Positions 1-12,836 of a stretch of 64,000 nucleotides of DNA are shown here, piece by piece. Made by a program: the position numbers and the translations under genes. The DNA comes from Eledone cirrhosa. Lineage: Eukaryota. How positions within the stretch are numbered: position 1 is the stretch's first letter; each line of letters opens with the position of its first letter. The notes under the pieces were generated by a model. The model saw nothing but the letters and a program-made list of their open reading frames with translations, was not told where the DNA came from and searched no databases. The stretch is taken from contig OZ024742.1 of assembly GCA_964016885.1 (NCBI GenBank), forward strand, positions 251,472,001 to 251,536,000. The letters are read 5' to 3'.

Positions 1-200
1 GTGTGTGGGTTAGTTGTTAAGATATTAGGCTTACAATAATAAAGTCCTGAGTTTGATTCCCTAACAAGGCAGTACGTTGTATCCTTGAGCAAAACACTTT
101 ATTTCACATTACTCCAATTTACTCAGCTGGAAAAAATGAGTTGTGACAGCACTGCTACCAAGCTACATCAGGCTTTGCCTTTTTCCCTTGGATAACATCT
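1..200 (+). mobile_element. tRNA-derived CORE-type SINE, degraded
   Basis: A/B-box-like head followed by 'tccttgagcaaaacactttatttcacattactccaatttactcagctgg', resembling the MIR/CORE domain; homologous to the cleaner copy at 49350. Confidence 0.7.
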
Positions 201-235
201 TATGTATAATATACATATTGTATATTAGAATGTTT

Positions 236-376
236 ATATTGTTTATATGCTTCAGCATGTACCCATGGGAGGTCGGGTACCCTGTATTACTGCGTGACGC
301 CGTGACTTCTGGCGTCACGCAGTAATACAGGGTACCCAACCTCCCATGGGTACATGCTGAAGCATATAAACAATAT
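236..376. repeat. Fold-back inverted repeat, 66-bp arms, 9-nt loop
   Basis: 236-301 is the reverse complement of 311-376 with one mismatch. Confidence 0.95.
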
Positions 377-662
377 GCCCCCCCCCCCCACCGCAAGGTG
401 GTCGTGGAGGTGCCACGGCAAAAAAGCACCCAGCCCACACTGTAAAGTGGACGTGTAGGCGCCACGAAAAAGCACCCAGCACTCACTGTAAATGAGGTTG
501 GTGTTAGGAAGGGCATCCAGCTGTAGAAATCAAGCCAGATCAGTTCCTGTATGAGCAAGGCATGGTCAGCCGACCAGACACTGCCCACAACAGGACAACC
601 CGTCTAACCCATGCTAGCGTGGAAGAACGGACGTAAAACGGTGATGATGATGATGATGATGA
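302..662 (+). mobile_element. RTE LINE 3' end with (GAT)n tail
   Basis: Reverse complement of the 3' UTR at 54973-55350; ends 'ggacgtaaaacggtgatgatgat...'. Confidence 0.85.
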
Positions 663-765
663 ATATATAATGTATATATAAGTTACAACGTCTAAGGAAT
701 AAATCCGCGCCCTTATTATAAAATTAAAAAATGATTGATATTTCTTACTTTATATATATATATCA

Positions 766-1457
766 TAATCATCATCATCATCATCAGGTTTAGCGTCCGT
801 GTTCCACGCTTGCATGGGTTTGGACGGGGGTTTTCCTACTTGAGGCAAGAGTGGTTGTCTTGCTCGCATAGGACTGTCTGGCGGGTTTTCTACAGTTGGA
901 TGCCCTTCCTAACACCAACCACATTTACAGTGTGGGGCTGGGAGGTTTTTACCGTGTTGCCTACACGGACACATTACAGCGTGGACTGTCTGGCGGGTTT
1001 TCTACAGCTGGATGCCCTTCCTAACACCAACCACATTTACAGTGTGGGGCTGGGAGGTTTTTACCGTGTTGCCTACACGGCCACATTTACAGCGTGGACT
1101 GTGTGTTTTTTTATCATGACACCTACACGATCTCATTTGTTTCGGCCTGGATGTTGTGGGACCAACATAACTGTACATTGAAAGGGGCGGTGTGGATGGG
1201 GTGGAGGTGGTGGGACGGGGGGGGGGGGGTTGATAGAGATGCCTACTGACTGTAGTAGGTTTTTACTTTGTATTTAGGTAAGGCGGGTCTTCTCTATTAC
1301 TGAGTACCGCCAAAGGTCTCGGTCCAGTGACATTGTCTTGGAGAGGTGTAAGCGTGTGAGGTCGGAATTTATCAGCTCGTCCCATGTTTTTCTGGGTCTG
1401 CCTACTCCGTGGCTACCGTCTATCTTTATTGCCCTGCACTTTGTTATACAGCTGTCG
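766..1457 (-). mobile_element. RTE LINE 3' end (ORF C-terminus plus 3' UTR) with an internal ~110-bp tandem duplication
   Basis: Near-identical to 18485-19035; (CAT)n on + strand; 872-981 repeated from 982. Confidence 0.9.
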
Positions 1458-1507
<50 letters not shown>

Positions 1508-1799
1508 TATATGAGGGTGTTAAAGTTTGCTTGAAGCATTGTGAAATGTGTAAAATATGTAGTTTAGAATGCATTGTTGTGGCTTTCTAAACTACATATA
1601 TATATATATATATAGGAACCAGTAAGACCCCGACGGCTGAGCTCAAGCCGTTTCGACGGCTAATTCTGGACCAAGTATTGAGTACTTTGGTGCGTTATGG
1701 TCCACCTGGTTCCTTACCACATTTCCTTAGTTTTATATATATATATATATATATATGTATGAATCACTACCACCCTACGGGCAACTAATGTTTCAAATC

Positions 1800-2180
1800 A
1801 GGTCTGAACATGGAAGAGCTGAATTCCCACTGTCATCACCTCTATCTCTCTCACCCTCCCCATCTCTCTGTATTATGAGCAAATGGGGGTCCCACGTGCT
1901 GGCTGCCCCACAGCCCCAGCAGACAGAATGGAGAAGACGTTTCACCGGAGGATGGTGAGGAGGATGCGCTGGAAGAGTCAGTCCATCTCGCAAGGCTCAC
2001 ACCTGTGGCTAGCCAACTCAGCAGCTATGGTGGTAAGTAGGGAAATAGCCCTAGGGTCAATGACACCAGAAGTCTCCACTGCTAGGGGCATGACCGCAAA
2101 CCTGTTGGAGAGCGTACTAAGCTGTATCAGTTTTTGCCTTTCACTTGGACAACATCAGTGGCATGGAGAAAGGAAGACTG
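1800..2180 (-). mobile_element. CRE-like non-LTR retrotransposon, restriction-like endonuclease C-terminal fragment
   Basis: Minus-strand translation ERQKLIQLSTLSNRFAVMPLAVETSGVIDPRAISLLTTIAAELASHRCEPCEMD*LFQRI fits the PxAxETxG...LxQR pattern of CRE RLE C-termini. Confidence 0.5.
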
Positions 2181-2387
2181 GCATGCATAAGAGACTGCTG
2201 TTCTTCCACAAAACACCCTGTCTAGGATTGTACTTCAGAGAGACAAGCCATGATCAGTCAGTCATGGCTGCAGAAACCTTGGTCAGTCATAACTAAAAGG
2301 AGTCCTTTCCCTCAGGGATACAGTTAACTATAGTTACATAAATACTTAGAAAGAAATAACTCATACTACTAAGTACTATTACTAAAT

Positions 2388-2950
2388 TCATCCACTTATT
2401 TGTGGTGGCATGATAAAACCTTTCCATTTCACATGATCTAACATTAACTGCCTCAGTTCTTCACCAAATAGTTCTGTATCTTCCTCAATGACTCTCTTCA
2501 AAGTCTTGAGAGGTCTTCTATATTTCACATTAGTGGGCTCCCATAGTAAAAGTTTTGTAATAGGCTTATTGCTTCTCATGACATGACTTGCAAGTTGGAA
2601 ACACCTGATATGGATGGTATGGCTAATGGGCAAGAGGTTGCCATAGAGAATTTTATTTGTAACATGGTCAAAAGGTTTGATGTGTTTTATCCTTCTTAGC
2701 ATTTGTATATAGCAACCGGCTAAAGCTTTGGTGATAGGTACTGTCACCAACCATGACTCACAGGAATACAGTAAGATTAATTCCACTGTAGCTTTGAATA
2801 ATCTAACTTTTGTTTTTGTGGTTATGTTAGATTTCCACACCTTATCTAGTGAGGTCACAGGAGACCATGCTTGTGGTATCTTGTTGTTTATATCATTTGA
2901 AAAGTTGATGTATGTGCCAAGGTATTTGAAATTGTTTATGATGAACTCAT
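2388..2950 (-). mobile_element. RTE/RTEX-type LINE ORF C-terminal fragment
   Basis: FKYLG, KVRLFKATVELILLYSCESW, LASHVMR, LLLWEP motifs. Confidence 0.8.
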
Positions 2951-3109
2951 GCTAGTAGTAGAAATGTAATACATATAAAGTATAATAGGAAGTTGGGAGC
3001 TTGTATGACAGTTCGATAGTCAGTTGCTATAGCCTGATTGATACAGAAATAGGTCCCCATTAGTCATGACTTACCATGGGTTTGCACTTGAAAAGTTCTT
3101 TTCTTTGCC

Positions 3110-3640
3110 CACTTATTCCTGAGAGGGTCAGAGTCCTCAAACACTCTCTCCAACAGGTCCTGTGAGAAGCAACCATCTCCAACTGATCCAGCTGGATCCC
3201 CAAGCGTGACCAACCAAGTTCATATATTTTGTCCAACCATCTTGCTCGGGGTCTACCCCTGGATCTCCTACCTGTTGATTTCGCCCATATATCTGTCCAG
3301 CGATTCTTTCCTGAGACATTATAACCACATGCCCATAGTATCGGAGCTGTGATCTCTCAATTCGGAAAAGTAGCAGTTCTACCTGGAGTGACTCTCTGAC
3401 CTCCGAGCTACGCTCTCTATCAAGTAATCTTACTCCAAAGACCCTTTGGAGGAACCCCATTTTGGCTGCTTGTATTCGCAATCTTATTCTTTCGATCATT
3501 ACCCAAGATCCATGGCCATAGGTAAGAGTTGGCATGAAAACTGAGTTTGGCTTTTTCGCCTGCCTCCCTTCTTCTGATTACTGAATGCTGAAAGTTCCTC
3601 TCCAAAATACATGCTTTGGCAAATTGTTTTGAAAGGAGAC
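3110..3640 (-). mobile_element. RTE LINE (Rex3/Expander-like) 3' fragment
   Basis: PTLTYGHGSW...IQAAKMGFLQRV...RIERSQLRYYGHV. Confidence 0.8.
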
Positions 3641-3699
3641 CAACAGTTGCCCATGCATGCTAGTCACCTTTCTCCATGCCACCAATGTTTTCCAAGGGA

Positions 3700-3810
3700 A
3701 AGCAAAGACTGATATAGCTTGGCACCAATATCATCATAACTCATTTTTTCCAACTGAGTGGATTGGAGCAATATGAAATGAAGTATCTTGCTCAAGGACA
3801 AACATACTAC
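3700..3810 (-). mobile_element. CORE-type SINE fragment
   Basis: 'gagtggattggagcaatatgaaatgaagtatcttgctcaagg' is the reverse complement of the core. Confidence 0.6.
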
Positions 3811-4180
3811 CTGACAAAATTGTCACAGCATTAAAAAAAAATTCCTTTGCTGTATTTAGTTACAACCCATTATATTCTAAGTTTGAATTCTGACAAAATC
3901 AACTTTACTAATAAAAATATATATTTGGGTCAATTTAATATTCCTATACACTTAGATGTGAATGAAATTATAATGGAAAACTAAGATTTTTTTATTTAGT
4001 CATTTGACTTGCTGACATTTTAATCATGTGACTAGTTAACATTTCAGTCATGTGACTTTAGAATATTTTCACAATGAGATTCATTTTTCTTGTATTTTCA
4101 TTTTAAATACAATTCTGATAAATTTCAATGTTACTTTTGTAATTTTATATTGCTCCCCCCACTCTCTCTCTCTCTCTTTC

Positions 4181-4435
4181 TGTTGTTGTTGCTGCTGTTG
4201 TTGTTGTTGTCGTTGTTGCTGCTGCTGCTGCTATTTGTCGTTGTTGTTGCTGTTGTTGTTATTGCTACTATTGTTGTAATTGTTGTTGCTGTTGTTGTTA
4301 TTGTTATTGTTTTGTTGTTGTTGCTCCTGTTGTTGTTGATATTTTGTTGTTGCTGCTGCTGTTATTGTTGTTGTTGTTGTTGTTATTGTTGTTGTCATTG
4401 TTGTTTCTGCTGCTGTCATTGATGTTGTTGTTATT
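4181..4435. repeat. (GTT/GCT)n trinucleotide microsatellite
   Basis: Direct reading. Confidence 0.95.
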
Positions 4436-4528
4436 GCTTTTATGCTTGACCTTTTCAGCAATCTATACTGAGGGACATTAGCCAGCCATAATGTCATACT
4501 GTTCTGCTGAATAAGTTTTAACATTTAC

Positions 4529-4582
4529 CAGATTTAATTTTGTCAATAAACCATCTTATTTTTGCTGTTAACTGGAGAATCC
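4529..4582 (-). CDS. Candidate 54-nt host exon (ILQLTAKIRWFIDKIKS), product unknown
   Basis: Non-repetitive sequence; pyrimidine-rich ...ggcAG acceptor and GTAAAT donor; open frame, symmetric phase 1. Confidence 0.25.
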
Positions 4583-4987
4583 CTGCCATACATTGAAGAC
4601 AACAGCAGAGAAATTACATTTAACAGAAGATTACTTTTATCCCAGCTGGATAGGAATTTAACCCTTTCATTACTGGGATTACACTGCACAACTGGGTGTA
4701 GAACCCTCATTTTTCTTACACAGCTGGGTATCCCTTCCTTTCTTCTACAACTGGTTATCTCCTCTAAGATATCCTACTCCAAAGTCACACATTTTTTCAT
4801 TATAATAATACCATATTTCTAATGAATGACATTGCCTATAATTTTCAAATCATTTTGAAAGTAAACAAAAACTTGGAGGGATTTAGTAATATAACTAATT
4901 TTATCACTATTAAGTTGGTGTTTGGAACAACTTGTTCATGGGAAAGGTATAAGTTGATGCAGCTTGATACCAGTGCCATTACAACTC

Positions 4988-5563
<576 letters not shown>

Positions 5564-5649
5564 CATACTATATACACATTATATACAGTATATATACAGC
5601 ATGTATACAGTGTATGCACTATATAAGATGTTGTACAAGGGAAAAAAGC

Positions 5650-5815
5650 ATCGACCTGTACAGCTTGGCACCAGTATTCTCACAACTCATTTTTCCATCT
5701 GAGTGAACTGAAGCAATGGGAAATAAAGTGTAATGCTCAAAGACACGACATACTATTTAGTTCAAGAATCAAACTCACAACCTTACAACTGTGAGCCACT
5801 AAGCCATATACCTTC
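5650..5815 (-). mobile_element. CORE-type SINE, degraded
   Basis: Reverse complement of the 49350 family. Confidence 0.65.
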
Positions 5816-6479
5816 ACAAAGTTAACCCTTTTGTTACCATATTTCTAATGAAATATAATATACCTGGATTTATTTATAAAGAATTTGGAGGGATTTTCTA
5901 AAATTATTAATTATTTTATTATAAATATGGTATTTGTAACATAACTTAATGAATGGTTCTTATATCAAATTATGTTGAAAGTTTTTTTTAATTATATAGG
6001 AACCCTTTAAAATGAGTGGTCTTGTTGTATAGAACCAGAGGTTAGTTAAGGCAGGTTGATATGAAAGGTTTAAACAATTGTTATAATATCTATGCCAATC
6101 TCCATTAATCTGTCCAGTGTGCACTAAGACAGGTACATCATGTACTTTACTGAACATTCCACCACACTGTCAATAATAAGGCTTCCCCTCTTCACCCCAC
6201 TACCTGTTAATAGTTTAGTTCTGTAATCTCACAGCCACTGCTGTTATGTGTGTTACTACTGAACAGACTGTGTGTGTTTTCAGCAAACTTTTCAATATGT
6301 TTCTCACGAAATATTGTATTGTCAACTTAACTAGGGTGAACAAATATGAAAATACTTCATGCTTTTTTCTCCATTCAAGTTTGGATTTCATTACAATATC
6401 AGGCTTATTTTAATTTTTATTTTAGCTCCTGAGAAAACAATTGTGATTAAACCTCTCTTCTTGGGCTGATCTCTCTGCT

Positions 6480-8000
6480 CGCTGCAACCTACAGATCATG
6501 TCTTCCTCCCCAAGATTCACAAACACAACAACCTAGGCCATCCCATCGTTTCTTCTTGCAACTGTCCCACTTTCTCATCACCAAATACTTGGACACCCTC
6601 CTCACCCCTTTAGTCACCAACCTCCCTTCCCACATCCAGGATACCAATCATTTTCTCCAACTCTTTAACTCCTACTCTTTCCATCCTGTTCCATCTCCCC
6701 TCCTCTTCACAATGGACATCACCTCTCTCTACATGATGATGACCTTCCAACACCTTTTAGATTTATGTATCACCCCTTACCCTAGCACTTCCACTCTTCT
6801 CCACCTTACTGAGTTCATTCTCACCCTCAGTGGTTTTTCCTTTTCTGAAGAGTGTTACCAACAAGTTTCTCGGGTAGCTGTGGGTACTAAAATGGGCCTG
6901 AACTATGCCAACTTGTTTTTCGGCTGTCGAAGCTAAAGTTTTCTGCCAGTATACTTAACCTACCACTAAATTATATGGCCATTACATTGACGACCGTATC
7001 AGTGCCATTTCTGTCTCCCATGAACAGCTAGACTCCTTTCTTTCCTTTGTCCAGTCTTTCCATCCCATCCTTACCTTCGTTATCTCCATCTCCAACTCTT
7101 TCATCCAATTTCTGGACATCTCCCTCTCCGTTAACCACTCTCACCACTCCCTCACATCCTTGATCTTCTCAAAACTCACTGACACACATTCCCACCTCAA
7201 CTTCACCTCCTCCATATCTTACTCCCAATTCCTCCATCTTCATTGGCCTGTAACCAGGACTGTGATTTTGAGACCCAATCCTGCTTCATCCAACATGGAT
7301 ATCCTCCCACCCAAATCCAAGCTGCCCTCACCTGCAACCATGAAACTGTACCACAGCCCTCTCACCCAACGACCGCCTTCCTTTCCCTCTTACCTACCAC
7401 CCCACCACCCTACCCCTCCGGTGCATATCATCCTTTGCTTCCGCACATTCTCTTCTGACCCCATCACTTCTCACTTCTTTCCCAACCTATCTATCAGCAC
7501 CTTAAATCGTGCCCATAATCTCCATGACCTACTGATGCAAAGTCCCTTCCCTTCCTCCTCTAGGACTCCACCTAACTCCAGTCCCTGTTCTTGCCCCTGC
7601 TGTAACACCTGTCCCTTCGTTTCCAACTCTACCACTCTCACAGACACTAACAGTTTTTTCCATATCTCTCACTCCTTCACCTGCACCTCCACCAACATTG
7701 TCTATGTGCTCCAGTATTCTCTTTATGGATCCTAATACATTAGACAAACAAGCCACCATCAGGCAGACTGATCCGCAGAACTTTTGAGGGACTTATGACT
7801 TGGCAGGGGTAACCCCCCTGCTCATCACTTTTGTTTCTCAGGCTACTCCTCTTTATATATCTCAGTCCTCAGTGATTTTCTGCCTTGAGTCCAGTTTCCC
7901 TAATGGACTCAACTCCATTCCAGAATTTCTTTAATCTATATTTACCTTTGCACACAGGTGCTCGCGTGTGCTTCTATACACCTAGCCACTGATATATTGT
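6480..8000 (+). mobile_element. Penelope-like element (RT plus GIY-YIG), frameshifted
   Basis: LPKIHK, HIQDT, TMDITSLY, YQQVSRVAVGTKMGLNYANLF, YIDD, CNTCP motifs; same family as 22937-25535. Confidence 0.85.
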
Positions 8001-8039
8001 GTGCTATCATGTGTGCACATTCACTCCTTGTTTCCAATG

Positions 8040-8521
8040 GCTCTATTATGATCAAGAACCCAATCCTGCATCATCTCCTTTGTGATATTTAATTGCATGA
8101 GGTCAGCTTTTACCACATCATTTCAAGTTTTCCTAGTTCTTCTTTGATAGTTTCTACGAACAATGAATACTCTGTACTTCTTTATGCCGCTGTCATATCA
8201 TTACAGTCTCCTCTCCTGCAGACTGCTTGTGACTCCTCTTATGCCCAGTTCATGCACACTGCAATTAGACATCCATCAAAGTATGCATGCCTTATTTCTT
8301 TCAGTCTTCATAGTTCTTTCCTGTAATACCCAAGTGACTATATGAGTTACTAGTTTGATTCTTACTTCTACTGATGCTTTTAGCATCTCAGTAACTATCT
8401 CTGATGGTCCTGCAGCTTTACCATTCTTTATTTCCTTCATTGCTTCCTTGACCGTAAAGCTGTCAACTTCAATAGCTGGTCCTTCTGCATTCATAAGTCT
8501 CTCATAATAACATTTCAGGCC
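8040..8521 (-). mobile_element. RTE LINE fragments
   Basis: KNGKAAGPSEIVTEMLKA plus C-terminal remnants. Confidence 0.75.
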
Positions 8522-8532
8522 TTTATATATAT

Positions 8533-9069
8533 ATATAAGTATGTATACGTACATACATATATGTATACAGACGTACAGTAGTATGTATATACATACATAC
8601 ATGCACACATGCATATATGTACATATGGGTTTGCCGAACATTTATTATAATGCTCGGTTTGTTTGTAAACAAACAGCCCAGATTATTAGCCATACAGTGT
8701 TCAGCAACCATCGTTGCCCTTTTGGAACGATGAATTAGTTTCTAGCTTATTAGCTGTCATCAGCACTATATACCTTCCTGTCAGTTGATTGAACGTTTGA
8801 AAGTATATACTTTCCTTATGCATATTAACGGCTGAGCAGCTTAATTTGCATATCGAGTGAGTTAGCCGGCCGGGCGTACCGAAAACGATAAATGGAAAAA
8901 ATGAAATTTCATTTCTCACTCTTAGTACGGCTGATACTTAAATATAAGTATGTATACGTACATACATATATGTATACAGACGTACAGTAGTATGTATATA
9001 CATACATACATATATGTACGTATGGGTTTACCAAACATTTATTATAATGCTCGGTTTGTTTGTAAACAA
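8533..9069 (-). mobile_element. Non-coding hammerhead-bearing partial tandem repeat (retrozyme-like), 409-bp period
   Basis: 8533-8670 recurs at 8942-9069; degenerate HHR at 8728-8768; octamer at 8844-8851; reverse complement of 34250-34930. Confidence 0.7.
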
Positions 9070-9339
9070 TATATATATATATTATTCAAAATATATATAT
9101 ATATAAGCATGTGTGAATTAGAATACAGTGGTAAGTGAACATTCTGGAAATAGAATTAGAAGCTTTCACTGAATATTGACTATAGTAGATAGTCAATATA
9201 TGAACCCCCATAATGGAAGATATTTCTGATGGTAGTGTGATCATGAATAACTCACTTCCTAAAAAGGAACAATCTGCTGAACTCCAACAAGCATCAGTTC
9301 TGTAATGGCAATGAGTGCCTGACACAGCTTCTGCATCAT

Positions 9340-10040
9340 TTTGATGACACCCTAAAAGATTTGGGAAATGGTTCCAACACGGATATCATTTACCTTGATT
9401 TCAGCAAGGTTTTGACAGGGTCAATGACAACATCCTGTTGAAGAAATTATTCAATATTGGAGTCTGTGGACAGCTACTGCAGTGGATTAAATATTTCCTG
9501 ATAAACAAATCCCAGCATGTTGTGGTTGAAGGAATACAATCAAGCTCAGCAAAAGTCAATAGCAGAGTCTCACAAGGCACTGTGTTGGGCTCACTTTTTT
9601 TCATTATTTACATAAGTGACATTATAAATGTCACCAAGCACAGTAAGATAAGAATTTTCGAAGATGATTCCAAGCTCCAGAAGTCATCAATGGAATGGAA
9701 GACTGGACATGCCTTTAATTTAATATGCTCACTGTTATCCAATGGGTGACAAAAAACAATATGCTACAAAATGAGGATAAATTTGAATTGATCTACTGTG
9801 GAAAAGAGGATGCATTGAAGTTATATTCTCTTCCCTCAGGTGAAACCATCATGGCATCAAACAACACCTTGAAGTAATTGTTGCCCACAACTTAAGCAGG
9901 AGTACTCACATAAACAACAAAGTTGATTTGGCCTGCAGCATGTGTTCCTGCATTCTCAGTCCAGAGAAATTCATACCATCATCCTACTCAACTTTACCTA
10001 TGCCCAGTCCCACCTTGAATATGATTGTCCTCTGTGATCT
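9340..10040 (+). mobile_element. CR1-clade LINE RT fragment
   Basis: DIIYLDFSKVFDRV, LQWIKYFL, SQGTVLGSLFFIIYISD, FEDDSK (FADD-like). Confidence 0.85.
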
Positions 10041-10280
10041 CCCCACATGAAACAAAGTTCCCTGGACAAATTCCTCCAGGAAATCCTGGATAAACCCCCT
10101 GCACCTAGATATGTTGTCAGAAACAAAAACTGTTTACTAGAGTGGGCCATGGTGTCCAAAACGTGACTAGGTTGTGAACCCATAATCTGAAAGACTTCGC
10201 CAGGTGGTGCTATTAAGTTCAACATTGTGTGAGTCAGGTCTGGCCAAAACCTATCAAAGTTATATATATATATATATATA

Positions 10281-10703
10281 ATAAGAGCATTAACTCTAAT
10301 ATAGTTTTGTATATGAAATACATGCATTTGTATATCTGGTTATATACAGTATGTTTATAAATAAACATTTTCAAAGCCTTCAGCTATGAATTTGAAAACT
10401 GACAGCATAGCACCATCTAGTGTGTTCCAGCAGAAGCTAAGCACAGGTAACTAGCAATGACGACATCATCCCATCTGACTCTGGTCATTATCAAGCTAGT
10501 GCTTCCTGACCCACTCACTGCTAGGACTTAACATAAGGAAAACATATAGTTTAGAAGCCTATGTACATGGGCTGATCAGCTACATTTGCATATAGAGTAT
10601 TGGCTGGCTCAGCTGGAAGATAAAATAAGGGCCTTAACTCTAACACAGGTTTGTATATGAAATACGTGAATTTGTATATTTAGCAATATACAGTATGTTT
10701 ATA
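10281..10703 (-). repeat. Partial tandem repeat (344-bp period) sharing the octamer block with the 8533/34250 family
   Basis: ~78-bp direct repeat at 10281 and 10625; 'ggctgatcagctacatttgcatatagagt' vs 'ggctgagcagcttaatttgcatatcgagt'. Confidence 0.55.
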
Positions 10704-10705
10704 TA

Positions 10706-11366
10706 TCATCATCATCATCATCACTGTTTAACGTCCATCTTCCACGCTAGCATGGGTTAGATGGGAGTTGTCCCAATTTGAGGCAAGGTTGGTGACTGTG
10801 TCTCGCTCATATAGGACTATCTGGCAGGTTTGCCCTTCCTAACACCAACCACGTTTACAGTGTGGACTGGGAACTTTTTACCGTGTTACCTACACAACCA
10901 CATTACAGCATGGACTGTGTGTTTTTTTGTCATGACACCTACACGATCTCGATCTCGATCTCATTATCTCATTTATTTGGACTGGATGTTGTGATACAAA
11001 CTTTGCAGAGAGAGGGTGGTGTTGGTGGGAGTGGGAGGATGGAGTAGGCGTAGTGGATTGGGGTGTATATTTGGTTAAGAGGTGCCTACTGACTGTAGGT
11101 TTCGCTTTATACATAGGCAAGGCGGGCCTTCTGCCTTTCATTTTTAGAGAGAAACCTTTTGTGGCCAACAGCGGTATAAGCTCTCTGAACTTTTTCCATC
11201 CCGTTCTGACTCTGGCTACTGTACTTTCAGAACACCCTCTACCACTGCTGATTTTGTCACCCAGGTAACGGAAAGTGTCCACTATTTCTATAGAACCATC
11301 TGGGCAATAGAAGGAGCTAGTATCCTGTGGACACTTGCTACTTATTGCACCTGAGCATTGGCCACA
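10706..11366 (-). mobile_element. RTE LINE 3' fragment, internally deleted
   Basis: IEIVDTFRYLGDKISSG...RTGWKKFRELIPLL plus 3' UTR with (GAT)n tail. Confidence 0.85.
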
Positions 11367-11852
11367 TATAATATATATATATATAAATAAAAGATCGCAG
11401 GCCATATTCAGTTGATTCAGGTTTATTTAAAACTCCGTTATACATATTTCACGGAGGACTATCAATTATGATAGCTTGAGCCCTTCAGATGGCAAAAGCT
11501 AAAATAAAAACTGAAAGTTCCTTAGAAACCTTTAAATTTTAAAAAATCTAATAATTTCCCCACAAAAAGATTTTCTTTTCATGATACATGGGGCTGGCTG
11601 AACGCGTGATGTTGTTTTTATGATGGCCAGCCCCTGTATGACCCCAAGAGTTTTGGCAGAAATGCTGGTTAATTTAGGAGTAGCGAAAACGGTTAGTAGC
11701 CCTTCTCCCTCCCTTCTCTATCATTCGCTGTTGTAGTAGTAGTCTCAGCGGCTGCTATAATAGTAGTGACCCCCCCCCCAGCCCCATATTGTCCACAGGT
11801 CGGTAACAACTATAATATTATAACGATTGTTGCAGACCTGTATATATATATA

Positions 11853-12010
11853 TGTGAGTCCCAGGTTCATTTGGGGGTAACCACAGTAAGGTACTTAATA
11901 TATTAGTAGAGTATATACAAAATATAAAATATAGAAATGGCTTCTACAGGACTACAACTGTTTACTTCAAATGAAACAATTCTAGTCCTGTAGAGCCATT
12001 TCTATATTTT
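11853..12010 (-). mobile_element. PLE tail with fold-back (arms ~11927-11963 and ~11974-12010)
   Basis: Same terminus as 21775 and 49793 ('ggtaaccacagtaag'); arms contain HHR stem III and the GTA site. Confidence 0.65.
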
Positions 12011-12029
12011 AAATTTTATATAGATATAT

Positions 12030-12799
12030 GGATGCTCTTGCTGAAGGCTTGAAGCTTGTCCACTTCACCAACAGCACAACACACCTGCTGTAATTTATGA
12101 AGCTGCAGTCACTTCTAACCTGCCAAAACAACAACAAGAGGTCAAATCCTATGTAGGTATGGTGGAGGGCTGGTTTAAAGAATACTTCCTCAATCATCTG
12201 TTGACATTCAGACAACCAGACAAACGATCGTCCACGAAGCTTGCGGGCCACATATGGTCCCTCAAGGACGCAGGTGTGGATTACTCCATTCAATGGAAAG
12301 TTATTACTAAGTCTAAGCCATATGGAAATGGGAATCAGTCTTGTGGGTTGTGCCTTGAAGAAAGAATCAATATCCTGAGGAGGTTGCATAAAAGCACTTG
12401 TCTAAATTTAAGGAATGAACTTTTCTCGCCTTCTCCACGCAATTTGGAAACACCTATTATGTAATTTCAAGGCTCCAGACTGAATAACATGAATAATCTA
12501 TTATACTCTGGACTGAATAACATGAATAATCTATTATATTCTGAGTTTTCATTGTCATTTCTCTACACCGATCCTACATGAGTTGAATCGCCTTGGGGAG
12601 TGACATTTTCTGCACATGCGTATTCGTATAATTGTATTTCCTTTTCCGTATAATCTCATTTAAACTGAGCTGCAGATCCGACTAAGGTGAAACAATTGTT
12701 CTCGGAAATGGTGAAGTAACTGTTATGGAACTACTTCTACCAAACTCATCCTATGGACTGAGTGATCTACTACTACGAATATAAACCAGCAGTTTCTAC

Positions 12800-12800
<1 letters not shown>
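12030..12800 (+). mobile_element. PLE GIY-YIG 3' fragment
   Basis: STKLAGHIWSLKD...IQWKVI..SKPY...CGLCLEE..LNLRNE; HHR-like motif downstream. Confidence 0.85.
12665..12705 (+). ncRNA. Minimal type I hammerhead, one core mutation
   Basis: CTGAG-CTGcAGA-tccgactaaggt-GAAA-CAATTG-TT-CTCGG; palindromic stem III. Confidence 0.6.

Positions 12801-12836
<36 letters not shown>

Noticed and set aside
4052-4524. Poly-Cys/Leu/Gln/Asn ORFs
   Set aside because: Trinucleotide microsatellite with no coding context
6000-6040. Splice-bounded plus-strand exon
   Set aside because: Stops in all three frames
9250-9270. 3-nt microexon (tttttAG-GAA-GTGAGT, minus strand)
   Set aside because: Short motif expected by chance; no supporting evidence
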